Below are positions 46,709-56,642 of a stretch of 64,000 nucleotides of DNA, one piece after another. The DNA is taken from positions 28,950 through 92,949 of IMG/VR virus record IMGVR_UViG_3300029582_000367; one strand, written 5' to 3'. The DNA comes from a virus (lineage: Duplodnaviria; Heunggongvirae; Uroviricota; Caudoviricetes). The translations under genes were made by a program, and so were the position numbers. How positions within the stretch are numbered: position 1 is the first letter of the stretch; each line of letters begins with the position of its first letter. The notes under the pieces are model-generated. The model had not been told where the DNA came from, ran no database searches, and saw only the letters and a list, made by a program, of their open reading frames with translations.

Positions 46709-46870
46709 TTAATACCACCGAACAAGTGCGAACAGTTCCACCATAATAACGCCCACAGAAACGCTGCAGATGATTGGCGGCAAGAGGTCCTGTGTGTCCA
46801 GTCTCCTTATGCCAAGGAATATGCCGCACATCACGAGAATAGTCAGTGCGAAGTAAAGAATAATCGACAT
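46709..46870 (-). CDS. small membrane protein (53 aa)
   Basis: GGTGGAG RBS. Confidence 0.45.
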   Translation of the reverse strand: MSIILYFALTILVMCGIFLGIRRLDTQDLLPPIICSVSVGVIMVELFALVRWY

Positions 46871-46875
46871 TAGAG

Positions 46876-47517
46876 TTACTCCACCTCGCTCTTTTCCAGC
46901 TCGGAAAGGTTGTCGCATTCAAATCCGCAGGTCATGCAGTGATATGGACCGTAGGGGTCAGACGACTCGTAGATGTTAGATTCGATTTCGTCGTTGATAT
47001 TTCCGAGGAAATCTCCCGTTTCGATGTCAACCAACACATCAATGTGGAGGACCTGATGACCGGAGAAGGATACGCCGCCACAGTTGGGGCAGCAGCGGGT
47101 ATACACCTTCTGCTCTCGCTCTGATGCATCAGATTCGATGTCTTCAAACGCTTCGGCGAGCGTGAGAAGCATCTCATTGATTTCCTTGGCGTCCTCGACA
47201 AGCACTGACAGCTTCGGAACGCCTGACGTGCCCTTTACGGAAGCCTCTGCAAACAGAGCAACGTGCTCGTCAACGTCGAAGTCCTCGTAGACGCGGCGCA
47301 CAGCAGCGGCTACTCCATCGCCGAAATCATCGTCGGCGTACAGGTCGAAGGAGTAGTCCTCGCCGGCAGGCGACCCCTGTCTGAACGTGAACACACCACA
47401 GACCTTGTCCTCGTCGATGACCCAGCCCAACGCTTCTGCCTTTTCGCGGTAGTTGGCCGGAATCAGGTCAGGAACACTGGTCTGGACCTCCGCAGCGTTT
47501 TTTTGGTTATTCTCCAT
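46876..47517 (-). CDS. hypothetical acidic protein with C-terminal zinc ribbon (CCPNCG...CMTCG)
   Basis: AAAGGAGAAAAATC RBS. Confidence 0.5.
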   Translation of the reverse strand: MENNQKNAAEVQTSVPDLIPANYREKAEALGWVIDEDKVCGVFTFRQGSPAGEDYSFDLYADDDFGDGVAAAVRRVYEDFDVDEHVALFAEASVKGTSGVPKLSVLVEDAKEINEMLLTLAEAFEDIESDASEREQKVYTRCCPNCGGVSFSGHQVLHIDVLVDIETGDFLGNINDEIESNIYESSDPYGPYHCMTCGFECDNLSELEKSEVE

Positions 47518-47540
47518 GATTTTTCTCCTTTCTTTTTTCG

Positions 47541-48320
47541 TTAGGCTTCGGCGCCGAACACCTTTTTGCAGATGGAATGAATAGCCACGAACTGTTCCTG
47601 AAGCTGTGCCGGCACGAGGGAGACGGAGAGACCGGCATCGCGCCATACACTTTGGCCTGCGAATGCTTTGTCCCACAGTTCTCCACGTTCGTGCTGGGCC
47701 TCCAAGAGCCTCTCATAGCGTTCTTCTTCCGTCTTTGCAGCGTCAATGTACTGCCGTGTGTACTCGTTGAAGTCTGAAATATTCATCTCCGTCTGGTCGG
47801 TGTACTCAAAGCGGGGATATTGGGAGTCGATGAAATGGGCCGCTTCTTTGGTGAGATTGAACCCCTTCATGTAGGTACTGCCATTATCGCCCCTGAGGAA
47901 CAGCAGTGACGCCTGCCAATCACGGGAGACGATTTCGTAGATTTCAGTGATAACGTCGAGCAGATTTTTCTTCTGCTCTTCTGTCAATGAAATCTTCCGC
48001 TTCTGCGCCTCCTTCTGCAGAATCTGTTCCGCAGAGCTTTTGGCGCTATCCGTCATCGTAAAAGACGGCGTCCAGTCGTACATCAGAACACACTTATGGA
48101 CGACGTTTGCGGCGATTGAAGCAAAAACAGGTCTGAGCTCCTCAACATCCTCTACAGACTTCTTGGCGAAGATGATGGCGAGCTGGCAGAAATCGAGCGA
48201 GTTGTAGACAGCGTCCACGAAGGACTTCCGCTGCACTTCCCGAATCTCACTGCCGAGCTTGACCAACTCCCCGATGTCGGTAGAGTTGATGCGCCAAGCG
48301 TCAAAGATTTTTGTGCTCAT
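47541..48320 (-). CDS. hypothetical protein
   Basis: GGAAGGTGGG RBS. Confidence 0.5.
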   Translation of the reverse strand: MSTKIFDAWRINSTDIGELVKLGSEIREVQRKSFVDAVYNSLDFCQLAIIFAKKSVEDVEELRPVFASIAANVVHKCVLMYDWTPSFTMTDSAKSSAEQILQKEAQKRKISLTEEQKKNLLDVITEIYEIVSRDWQASLLFLRGDNGSTYMKGFNLTKEAAHFIDSQYPRFEYTDQTEMNISDFNEYTRQYIDAAKTEEERYERLLEAQHERGELWDKAFAGQSVWRDAGLSVSLVPAQLQEQFVAIHSICKKVFGAEA

Positions 48321-48685
48321 TTCAGGCACCCACCTTCCTTGAGAATGTCCATGACCTTCTCCAACACGGTCAACGGAGCGTTGAAGCCGAAGTCGCCAAC
48401 GGCTCTGCGAAGAGCTATGAGCAATTCCGCCTGATGGTGATAGTCCTTGGCAGCCTGTTCCGTCTGATACAGCCGGTAATCTGTACTCCAGTACATGGAG
48501 TTCTGCTGGAAGTAGGGATTTCTGTTCGCATCTTCGGAAGGAGCCTTGTAGTATCGACAGTCTCTATTGTCTGTCAGCCACTTGGTTCCGACCTTGACTG
48601 TGACCTCTTCCACCACTTTTCCGCGCTTCCTTTCGGCATTGCTGCCAATAACCGTTACGCGGTAAAGTCTCATTTCAGCGGCCAT
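48317..48685 (-). CDS. hypothetical protein
   Basis: AAAGGAG RBS. Confidence 0.5.
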   Translation of the reverse strand: MAAEMRLYRVTVIGSNAERKRGKVVEEVTVKVGTKWLTDNRDCRYYKAPSEDANRNPYFQQNSMYWSTDYRLYQTEQAAKDYHHQAELLIALRRAVGDFGFNAPLTVLEKVMDILKEGGCLK

Positions 48686-48884
48686 TGTTCTTACTCCTTT
48701 CTTCGTCTGTCAGCCCGCCATCCACAGCCATGTCCGTCAGCGTATTGATGACGCTGGTAAGGCGCTGTGCGAACGGGGTGTAGGGATTCGATAACTCACT
48801 GCGGCGTTCCATCAGAATCGCCATAGCGAACTGAGCGTCATTGACGTTCTTCAGTTCCTCGATAGTCCAACGATGCTTACTCAC
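48675..48884 (-). CDS. hypothetical protein (GTG start)
   Basis: GAGAGGTGAG RBS. Confidence 0.45.
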   Translation of the reverse strand: MSKHRWTIEELKNVNDAQFAMAILMERRSELSNPYTPFAQRLTSVINTLTDMAVDGGLTDEERSKNNGR

Positions 48885-49186
48885 TTCTGCTCACCTCTCT
48901 TCTTCATTGCTGCCGCATATGCGGCACCCAGTGCGAACTCCATGGACGTAATCACCTCGGCGACAGTGGGCGCGGGCTTGCTCAAATCACGGGCATAGCC
49001 ACGCCGGTCGTTCAGGTGGGTGGTCAGGGTATCGCGCACCTTACCGCAGACCTCCGGCAGCTCCAGTAGCTTGCTCAGTGCGTCGTTGACCTCACGGGCA
49101 GGCATCTTGTTGGAAGGGTTGAACAGCAGCTCGTTCCGATACGTGGACAGAGTGCAGTCGATGAAATGCAGCGTAGATGTATTCAT
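48881..49186 (-). CDS. hypothetical protein
   Basis: GAAAGGAGAAATT RBS. Confidence 0.5.
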   Translation of the reverse strand: MNTSTLHFIDCTLSTYRNELLFNPSNKMPAREVNDALSKLLELPEVCGKVRDTLTTHLNDRRGYARDLSKPAPTVAEVITSMEFALGAAYAAAMKKRGEQK

Positions 49187-49219
49187 AATAATTTCTCCTT
49201 TCTTTTGAAGTCGATTGCA

Positions 49220-49402
49220 TCAGCAGCCATCAGCAGGGTAGGGCGGGATGGTAACGGACAGGTTGTAGATGTGGTTGCCGCAGCGAACACACTCGGCATC
49301 CTTGTCCCACAACCCACGTTCCTTCATGCCGCGCACGCTGCCCGTACAGTGAATGGACGGGTGCGTGTCTCGCTCATGTTTGGTGAGCTTCTTGTACTTC
49401 AT
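49220..49402 (-). CDS. small zinc-ribbon protein; first gene after module M4
   Basis: AAAGGAGAAACACC RBS. Confidence 0.5.
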   Translation of the reverse strand: MKYKKLTKHERDTHPSIHCTGSVRGMKERGLWDKDAECVRCGNHIYNLSVTIPPYPADGC

Positions 49403-49436
49403 GGTGTTTCTCCTTTCTTTGTTGTCGAAAAATGCA

Positions 49437-49580
49437 ATAAATATATAAAAAAAGACAGCTACCCCAAGATTGGGATAACTGTCTGAATTTATGTGGTGAC
49501 TTGAAAACGGAGATAATCTCCTTTATAAAAATAGCTTCGTAATTATAATTCTATACTACCACAGTTTGATATTTTGTCAA
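49437..49580 (-). promoter_or_regulatory. promoter-leader module M4 (shorter gene-proximal part)
   Basis: same promoter/hairpin family. Confidence 0.7.
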
Positions 49581-49628
49581 TCGTTTTAGGTATCAAATTG
49601 CGTTTACTCTATTTGCACTGTTTTTTGA

Positions 49629-49764
49629 TTTTAGTCGGGATTTCTGAATTTTCAAATTGCAATTTTAGTCGGGAAATCAGAGTTTTAAGAACTAAACTTT
49701 AGTCGGGAAAAACCGAATAAAAATTTGAGATTTTAGTCGGGAGAACAGGAACAAACATAGTCCA
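49629..49764. repeat. iteron-like array: 4 x TTTTAGTCGGGA at exact 34-bp periodicity in AT-rich spacer
   Basis: repeat starts 49629, 49663, 49697, 49731. Confidence 0.6.
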
Positions 49765-49832
49765 TGAAAACCGCATAACCAAGCCATTTTCGAGCGTTTT
49801 CTTTCTTTCAAATTCAGCAAAAATTGAGAAAA

Positions 49833-49860
49833 AAAGAAAAGCCCCCGAAGGAGCTTTTCT
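49833..49860. terminator. terminator (AAGCCCCCGAAGGAGCTT hairpin with A/T runs)
   Basis: hairpin + runs. Confidence 0.5.
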
Positions 49861-49895
49861 TAGTGGAAAAATCAGTGCTTTGCTGTGAAAAGTTT

Positions 49896-51330
49896 TCAGG
49901 AAAGATGCTCACCCATGAACTTGGCAAAATCATCCCAGAATCCGAAAAAACGATTGCGGATAAGAGTGGGGCGATTGCCGGCAGTGATATGTCCATCGGT
50001 TTCTTCGGCATTCAAGATGCCCCAGAGCTTAACAAGCAGCAGCTTGTACTCAGCGCTCTTTGGAACGATGTGCTGGTCCTCAACCATATTGTCCCAAAGA
50101 GTCCGCAACATCTCACGGTCCTTTGCCTTGGCAAAATCAGCCGTTCGGCAGTACAGCCAAATGGTCTTGAAGTCCCAGAAGGCTTCACTTTCCGATGACT
50201 CCTCCTTGGAGGTATTCTTGCCGCCAGTGACTTCCTGCTTCTTGCCATCGACATCAATGACAACGCCAGTATCGGAGTTACGTGCAATAGCATGGATACG
50301 CAAGTCCTCGATGAGATTGGTCAGCGCCAAATTCAGGAGCACGTTCCAGTAGCCGTTCATGCTCATGGAAGAAAACCGACTAAAGTCTCTGTCATGGATG
50401 ATTTCAGGGATAGCTTCGACGAGGCAGTGCAGATTCCCCAGCCGCGAAGAGACGCGGTTGAAATCCGCAACGTCCATGGCAAACAGGTCGCCCTCGTAAC
50501 CGAGTGCCTTCGCCAGACCGCCAGAGACCTCGTAGTGCTTCTCCACGTGGATGAGGCCGTCCCCATCGTCATCCTCGCCGGCACTGTCATCCGTGCCTAA
50601 ATCGGTGAAGAAAGCAACGACTCCCTCAGGAGTCCACGAGTGTGTCGCATCCTCCCGAAGCGCGTTGAATACCCGAACAGCCAGATTGTTGTTGCCCTCA
50701 CACACGGCGAGAATCTCGTTCCATGTGTACGAGGCAAACGGTGCCACGCTGCAGTCCTTTCCGGTGATGTAGCAGACCAAATCGGGGAAGGTCGCCGCAT
50801 TGTAGGCGTTGATGTAGCCATTCAGCCACTTTCCGTCCTTACCAAACGGCTTACCATCCTTTTTACTGCAGATGCCCATGACCAGCAGGAGGTGAAGCTC
50901 CAGCATAGACAACGGAATGAGCTTCTCTTTGGTCTGATGCAGCCGTTCACGGATATAGAGCTCCGCCAGTTCCGTGGCAGTCACATTCACGACAGAGCCC
51001 TTCTCAGCCTCGGCAAAGAAAACGTCGCTCGCCTCAGAAGTAGGCAGCACGTAGCAGCGTTCTTTTACATAGGCCCGAAAAACGTTGTCATAAATCTTGA
51101 TGCCCTTCTTCTTTTTTTTCGTCGCTCTCAACCGGAACGAACCGGCAGGACATTTGCCCGAAAACATCATTCTGCATGATGTCCTCGTAAGCCTTTGCGA
51201 AGTCGATGAGGTCGCCATCCACCACGATACGGTGGTCGCCTTCCATCTTTTCCAGTCCCTTTTCAGGAAATCCAAATAGGGAGTTGTAGCAAAACTGATT
51301 CATTCTTTTTTTCTCCTTTCGATTTTTCAA
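49896..51330 (-). pseudogene. gene split by frameshift at A8/T8 homopolymer (51112-51119): N-terminal 80-aa frame (51088-51330) + C-terminal ~400-aa frame (49896-51120)
   Basis: two long ORFs in different frames abut exactly at a poly-A run (KKKKK vs EKKEEG readings). Confidence 0.55.
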
Positions 51331-51911
51331 TAGAACACGCCGACTTTCAGCGCCTCAATAGGCAGGGAAAACTCCGTGCCCGCCTCACCGTTGGAATCTG
51401 TGGCATACAGCCACGCCGCCGCAACGCCGTTTTCATCGACGCCGGTACGTACCACAGTGACGACCTCGCCATCACAGCAGCAAAGCATACCTTCGCTGTT
51501 GAATAGCTCATAGTAAGTCGGTTCGCTGCCGTCAGGGAAGGTCTCAACTTCCAGCTTATTGGGCGCTACGCTCATATTGCAGTCATTGATGACCTTCAAC
51601 GAGATACCGATGCGCTCGCCGGCCTTGATGGTCCATTCACTGCAGGAAGTGGGTTCGCCGGAAAGTGAAAACCGCTTTGTTTTCCCTTTCGTTTGGAAAC
51701 CCTTCTCGGCTTCATCCACCTTCTTGCGGATGGCACTGAACATGGCATTGACCTGTTCTTCTGTGTAGTATCCGCTATAACGGGTAGACAGGCACTCCAG
51801 CATATTCAGACTCTCCAAAACACGCTCGACACGCTTTTCGGCGGTTCTGATGAACATATCCCGTTTTGCCTTGGCGATTTCTTCGGCGGAACGAGTTGCT
51901 TTACGTCCCAT
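51327..51911 (-). CDS. hypothetical protein
   Basis: ORF. Confidence 0.5.
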   Translation of the reverse strand: MGRKATRSAEEIAKAKRDMFIRTAEKRVERVLESLNMLECLSTRYSGYYTEEQVNAMFSAIRKKVDEAEKGFQTKGKTKRFSLSGEPTSCSEWTIKAGERIGISLKVINDCNMSVAPNKLEVETFPDGSEPTYYELFNSEGMLCCCDGEVVTVVRTGVDENGVAAAWLYATDSNGEAGTEFSLPIEALKVGVFY

Positions 51912-51927
51912 AATTTTTCTCCTTTCT

Positions 51928-52161
51928 TCACCAGTCGTCGCCCGTGCATTCCCGCAGGATGACGAGCTTTGTGTTCACAACCTTACAGTCGCAATAGACT
52001 TTGAGCCTTTCACCAAGCAAGTCCTTGAGTTCCGGCGTGGGTGGCAGTAATGTCGGCTGGATGCAGCCGCACTCGCTCATTGCCAGAAACGGAGCATCGG
52101 GAGGGAAGATTGGCCGCTGGATTTTGACTTTGTATACGCGGTCATCAGCCTTCTTACTCAT
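51928..52161 (-). CDS. hypothetical protein
   Basis: GGAGGTCG RBS. Confidence 0.45.
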   Translation of the reverse strand: MSKKADDRVYKVKIQRPIFPPDAPFLAMSECGCIQPTLLPPTPELKDLLGERLKVYCDCKVVNTKLVILRECTGDDW

Positions 52162-52960
52162 GGACGACCTCCACTTCCGGCGCATCGAAACGACTGTCTT
52201 TATACAGTGTGATGTCGTTTTTGACCAGCCGAATCGACGTGACCAGCGAGGTGAGCTCGTGTACTCCTGCCCACTTTTTCTCGAAATCCAGCAGCGTATA
52301 ATCGCCGTTTACATTCGAGAAAGGAATAGACAGGATTTCGCTTCCCGCATCGTAGGAAACAGCGGGTACAGTGGCAGCCAGAGCATCCCAGTCCTCACGC
52401 AGCATACGCTGGATGTTCTCGCAGACGGAGTTGAAGAAATTCGTACCGCAGGAACCACGAGTCGTGAAGTCGAAATACAGATAGCTTACAAAGCCATCCA
52501 TCGTATTTAACCGCACTTCAGTCGTGAACCTCTGCTCGGCATTGCCGGCCCCGATGACAGGAGTCTCACAGCGAGGCAGCCAGCATCGTGCCTCAGGGTT
52601 TTTGTAGATGATATAGAAGCACTCAATATCACCATACGACCCGTCAGGCAGGGAAGACACACATCTATTCGTCGCCAGATATTTCGCACACGGTGCAAAC
52701 AGCAACGCATGGAAAATCTGTTTTTTCTCAGAAACACCCTTGTCGCACTGCAGCGCTGAAACCAGCTCGCCGGTCTCGACGATGCGGTAGCCCGCCATGA
52801 GTCCCGTAGTGGGCAGGCAGTCCATCACATACTCGCGGTCGTCGATGCGAAAACTATGCAGTGCAAACGACGGAGTTCCCGGCGCAGCCTCATGGATGCG
52901 AGGGTCGAGAAACTCCGCGATTTCACGATGCAAAATAGGCATCTCGATTGTCCTTATCAT
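52154..52960 (-). CDS. hypothetical protein
   Basis: AAAGGAGCAAATCT RBS. Confidence 0.5.
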   Translation of the reverse strand: MIRTIEMPILHREIAEFLDPRIHEAAPGTPSFALHSFRIDDREYVMDCLPTTGLMAGYRIVETGELVSALQCDKGVSEKKQIFHALLFAPCAKYLATNRCVSSLPDGSYGDIECFYIIYKNPEARCWLPRCETPVIGAGNAEQRFTTEVRLNTMDGFVSYLYFDFTTRGSCGTNFFNSVCENIQRMLREDWDALAATVPAVSYDAGSEILSIPFSNVNGDYTLLDFEKKWAGVHELTSLVTSIRLVKNDITLYKDSRFDAPEVEVVHE

Positions 52961-53029
52961 AGATTTGCTCCTTTCATCCCCTGCGTCCCCTCAAAAAGAG
53001 AGGACGCAGGGGCTTGTGTTATTCGAAAA

Positions 53030-53338
53030 TTATGCTTCACGCACGGGCGGCCACACATAGTTGAACGGAAACATCCCGCGATACTTGTGCGAAACCGCCC
53101 GCTTTGCGGCCTCAGCGCTCTTGTATCCATAGCCCTGCGCGTCATCGTAAATGATGCCGATATTCTCGGCATCCACTACGATATAGCGGAACAATGCCGC
53201 CCCATCGTAACGATGCGGATACAGTCTCGCAGAGACGACACAAGGCTTCGGATTTACAACTGCGATAGGCAGCAGAGTGACAGTGCCGCAAATGGCGTTC
53301 TTGAGATACCGCTTTTCAGGGAATCTCAGAAGGCTCAT
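53030..53338 (-). CDS. hypothetical protein
   Basis: ORF. Confidence 0.45.
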   Translation of the reverse strand: MSLLRFPEKRYLKNAICGTVTLLPIAVVNPKPCVVSARLYPHRYDGAALFRYIVVDAENIGIIYDDAQGYGYKSAEAAKRAVSHKYRGMFPFNYVWPPVREA

Positions 53339-53760
53339 GCTTCATCACCGCCACTGACCGCCTCGTAGCAGAGACGCGCCTGCAGGATGTTCAACACTTC
53401 CTCAACGGCGTTCTGCCATGTGGAGTTCACGTCATTGTTGCAGTCGGCATCGTGCTCAAACTGAGCAACGATATCGTTCAGCACATAGTTCGGAGACTCC
53501 TCATCGACCAGAGATACCGGCTCAGTGTCACCGAACTTTTCCTTGAAGCTCTCCAGCTTCTCGGCGTCGTCCTCGTTATCAGGGTCGAAGTCGCTGACGT
53601 CGAAGCCCAGATACGTGCAGAGCTGGCCTTCCGCATCCATCAGCCGGTAGTATCGCTCCTGTTCGCGGTATGCGGTCTCCAGCTCGCTGCGGGTCAGCTC
53701 GATTTCGACAGTGATAGTGGCCTTGGGGTCGGGAATCGGAATATTACGGGTGATAGTCAT
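53335..53760 (-). CDS. hypothetical acidic protein
   Basis: ORF. Confidence 0.45.
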   Translation of the reverse strand: MTITRNIPIPDPKATITVEIELTRSELETAYREQERYYRLMDAEGQLCTYLGFDVSDFDPDNEDDAEKLESFKEKFGDTEPVSLVDEESPNYVLNDIVAQFEHDADCNNDVNSTWQNAVEEVLNILQARLCYEAVSGGDEA

Positions 53761-53793
53761 GTTTTTTTCTCCTTTCTTTCAAAAAGCTGGCGC

Positions 53794-54237
53794 TCAGGCC
53801 AGCAGTGACATACCAAGCCGAACAGTCTTCAGAGGAAACTGGTCGGCATCGAGACGGAATGTTGTGCCGCAGTCGGAGCAACGTGCTTCGGGACCGTAGG
53901 CACTTCCGTGCTTCGGGCCGAACTTCAGGCTTCCGCAGATGGGACAGGTGGCACAGAGCAGAGTCGCTCCTCGTACCTGAATATCCAGAACGCTGGTGCC
54001 GGCAGGTGAGTTCGTCCAGCCCGCCAGATAAGCAGGGGAGACGCCCAGCACCTCAGCGAAGCGTTCCAAAGTCTTCAGGGGGATATTCTCCACTCGCCCA
54101 GACTCATACTTGTAGATGGTCTGCGGTGTCACCTCACACCTTTCTGCAAGCTGACTCTGAGATAGTTCCAGAGACAGCCGTGCATTTTTAATGCGGACAG
54201 CAGCAAGCGGCAGGGAAGTGGTTTGAGAAGTGCTCAC
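53794..54237 (-). CDS. XRE-family HTH regulator fused to C-terminal zinc ribbon
   Basis: LSQSQLAERCEVTPQTIYKYESGR HTH; CATCPICG...CSDCG. Confidence 0.7.
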   Translation of the reverse strand: MSTSQTTSLPLAAVRIKNARLSLELSQSQLAERCEVTPQTIYKYESGRVENIPLKTLERFAEVLGVSPAYLAGWTNSPAGTSVLDIQVRGATLLCATCPICGSLKFGPKHGSAYGPEARCSDCGTTFRLDADQFPLKTVRLGMSLLA

Positions 54238-54857
54238 ACCGCATCTCCTTCCTCAAGGGGCTGCCAATAAGCAGTCATCTTGTAGAAGGAAATGAACGGC
54301 TTCTCCAATCCGTTTGCCTTGGCAAATGCTTTCGCTGCCGCCTCGTCCTTGAATACGATGGAGTCCTGAATACACTCGTTGAAACGAATGCTGTAGGAAC
54401 CCACAGAAGGGACAACGGAGAGGTCGATACCAAGCGTCTTATCCTGCTGGTTCAGCAGAAAGACGTAGGTACAGAACACGCTCTTGACCTTCTCCAACAT
54501 ACCGGTGTCCTCGATGTCGATGCCACGGGACTCGTACACCTCTGCGATGCGCTCATAGCCCATCTCTTTGAAAGCCTCGCGGATGCGGGGGTCAAAGCAG
54601 AAATGGGTGACACGCAGAATCTCGCCCTCCAGCTTCATAATCAGGTCGTCGATGGGGACGTCCTGATTAAAGGCGGAGCAGGCATCTTTCGCAGCGTGTT
54701 CCAGCCAGTTGGAAATGCCATCAATGTTTCCCTCCGCAGCGGAGATAATTTTCTTGATGGGGATTCTTACAATCTTGTTTACGACAAGATTGCAGAAGGC
54801 CAGATAGAAGCCGGTCTCGTTCAGGGCTTCAACGACCGTCTTGAAGTTCTTGGTCAT
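54234..54857 (-). CDS. hypothetical protein
   Basis: AAAGGAGAAAGCACC RBS. Confidence 0.5.
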   Translation of the reverse strand: MTKNFKTVVEALNETGFYLAFCNLVVNKIVRIPIKKIISAAEGNIDGISNWLEHAAKDACSAFNQDVPIDDLIMKLEGEILRVTHFCFDPRIREAFKEMGYERIAEVYESRGIDIEDTGMLEKVKSVFCTYVFLLNQQDKTLGIDLSVVPSVGSYSIRFNECIQDSIVFKDEAAAKAFAKANGLEKPFISFYKMTAYWQPLEEGDAV

Positions 54858-54899
54858 GGTGCTTTCTCCTTTCTTCTTGAGTATAGCGTGCGGGAATGC

Positions 54900-55463
54900 T
54901 CAGACACGGTCGTGTACGCAATCACCATTCCCATCCATCACAGAATCGTGCTGGAGGAAGGTGTCGTGGTACAGTGCCTTGCCAAACGCCTTGCAGACGG
55001 GGCATTCCCAGCTCACCTCCGTACCATCGTTGTAGTCGATTTCACGGTCGCCCTGATATTCGACCTCGGCGCCACACACGGGGCAGACGTCCTCCTCATC
55101 GCCGTTGGGGTGCAGGAACGGGATGCGCTTACCCTGAGGGTCAGTGAAGGGGACGACTATGCGCTGAATAACGGCCAACAGAACGTCGATGTCGGCGTTT
55201 GCCATCATCAGCGCGATGCGTCCGACCTCCAGCTTGAAGTCCTCGGAAAAGATGTTCCCTTGGATAGTCGCAGCGATAGCCGCAGGATGCGCCATGGCCG
55301 CGACGGTATCACGTCCCAGCGAAATGAGGGCGTTGAGTGCCATAATGAACACGGTATGACCGGATTCGGTATAGGCCTTATCCAACTCCTCATAGGCTGT
55401 GGCATCGTGATTCTTACGACGCTGTGCGTCTAAACGGGCAATTTCATTAGGATAGTCAGTCAT
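54900..55463 (-). CDS. hypothetical protein with C-terminal zinc ribbon; first gene after module M5
   Basis: GGGAGAAAGGAGAAATTC RBS (module-derived). Confidence 0.5.
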   Translation of the reverse strand: MTDYPNEIARLDAQRRKNHDATAYEELDKAYTESGHTVFIMALNALISLGRDTVAAMAHPAAIAATIQGNIFSEDFKLEVGRIALMMANADIDVLLAVIQRIVVPFTDPQGKRIPFLHPNGDEEDVCPVCGAEVEYQGDREIDYNDGTEVSWECPVCKAFGKALYHDTFLQHDSVMDGNGDCVHDRV

Positions 55464-55479
55464 GAATTTCTCCTTTCTC

Positions 55480-55664
55480 CCTGCCTATGATAAGGACTTA
55501 TGGGAACACAAATGTATGAAAATATATAAAAAAGACAGCTATCCCCGAAATGGGATAACTGTCTGAATTTACGTATGGTGACTTGGAAAACGGAGATAAT
55601 CTCCTTTATAAAAATAGCTTCGTAATTATAATTCTATACTACCACAGTTTGATATTTTGTCAAT
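55480..55664 (-). promoter_or_regulatory. promoter-leader module M5
   Basis: same family. Confidence 0.7.
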
Positions 55665-55676
55665 GATTCTGTTGGT

Positions 55677-55708
55677 AAAAAAAAGAAGCCCTTTCGGGCC
55701 TCTTTAAT
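55677..55708. terminator. terminator (A-run, GAAGCCCTTTCGGGCCTC, T-run)
   Basis: hairpin + runs. Confidence 0.5.
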
Positions 55709-55929
55709 TACTTCTTAGAGCGCTTTTCCATCTTTGCCACGAGTTCAGCAAGCTGCTGCTTTGTCTCGCCTCGGACGATTCCTTCGAAAATCTCCCACGC
55801 ACCATCCTTGCGCTTGTAAACTGCGGTCTGTGGAGCTTTCTCCTTACGGGCCGTCTCGACCTCATTTTCAGTGAAATCGGGAGGTGAGCCCGCTATTTTG
55901 CACCATGCGCGGATATATGGATAATCCAT
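55708..55929 (-). CDS. hypothetical protein
   Basis: GAAAGGAAG RBS before MDYPYIRAW. Confidence 0.4.
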   Translation of the reverse strand: MDYPYIRAWCKIAGSPPDFTENEVETARKEKAPQTAVYKRKDGAWEIFEGIVRGETKQQLAELVAKMEKRSKK

Positions 55930-55931
55930 TC

Positions 55932-56642
55932 TCACAGACTTCCTTTCGGTTTGATTTTCGGCGCATACATATCTTTGCCCTGCTTTTCGTAGAAAAGCGT
56001 CTGCGTCTTGTTCGTCCCATCCGGTCTGATATTCTGATACGAAGGATGCTTTGGAAAAGCTGCCATTAGTTTTCTGAACCGCGCCACCGCCTCTGAAGGC
56101 TTGCATTTTGCGGCCACATAGTAGTTCAACGGACTGGCCTGCCCGAATGTCATAACTTCGGAATGGGGACGCTTCATCATCTCGATGACCTCGTCCGTGA
56201 AAGCCCCACGGATTGAATCCGGTGTCTTGGTTCCATCCTCGTTGGCATAGGCTTCCAGATTCATCTTATCGAATCGAATGAGAGGGTCGATGATATGCTT
56301 GTCATCTACGACGATGAAGCTGTGGTGGGTAGGGACGGCATCGCCTACGAAGAGCCAGCCGGCATACGGAACGGCGTTCTTCACGCCTGCGGCAACCAGA
56401 GCGTCCAGAATGCGCTGGGTGTTCTGATAGCAGTAGCCGACATCGACCTCCGTGGCATCGAAGGCCTGTCGAATGGTGTCGGTCTCTACACCTGAGGGAA
56501 ATGGAAGTGTGTTGCCGTAGCTAAACACTTCCATTGTCCCCGTCATCGGATACATCTGTGAAGGTATCTTAATAGGCTTTTCGCTGAATGACGGGTTGAT
56601 GTAGATAGCATGAGAGCGTAATACCTCAAGGCTACTTGTCAT
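55932..56642 (-). CDS. hypothetical protein
   Basis: GAGGAGGA RBS. Confidence 0.5.
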   Translation of the reverse strand: MTSSLEVLRSHAIYINPSFSEKPIKIPSQMYPMTGTMEVFSYGNTLPFPSGVETDTIRQAFDATEVDVGYCYQNTQRILDALVAAGVKNAVPYAGWLFVGDAVPTHHSFIVVDDKHIIDPLIRFDKMNLEAYANEDGTKTPDSIRGAFTDEVIEMMKRPHSEVMTFGQASPLNYYVAAKCKPSEAVARFRKLMAAFPKHPSYQNIRPDGTNKTQTLFYEKQGKDMYAPKIKPKGSL

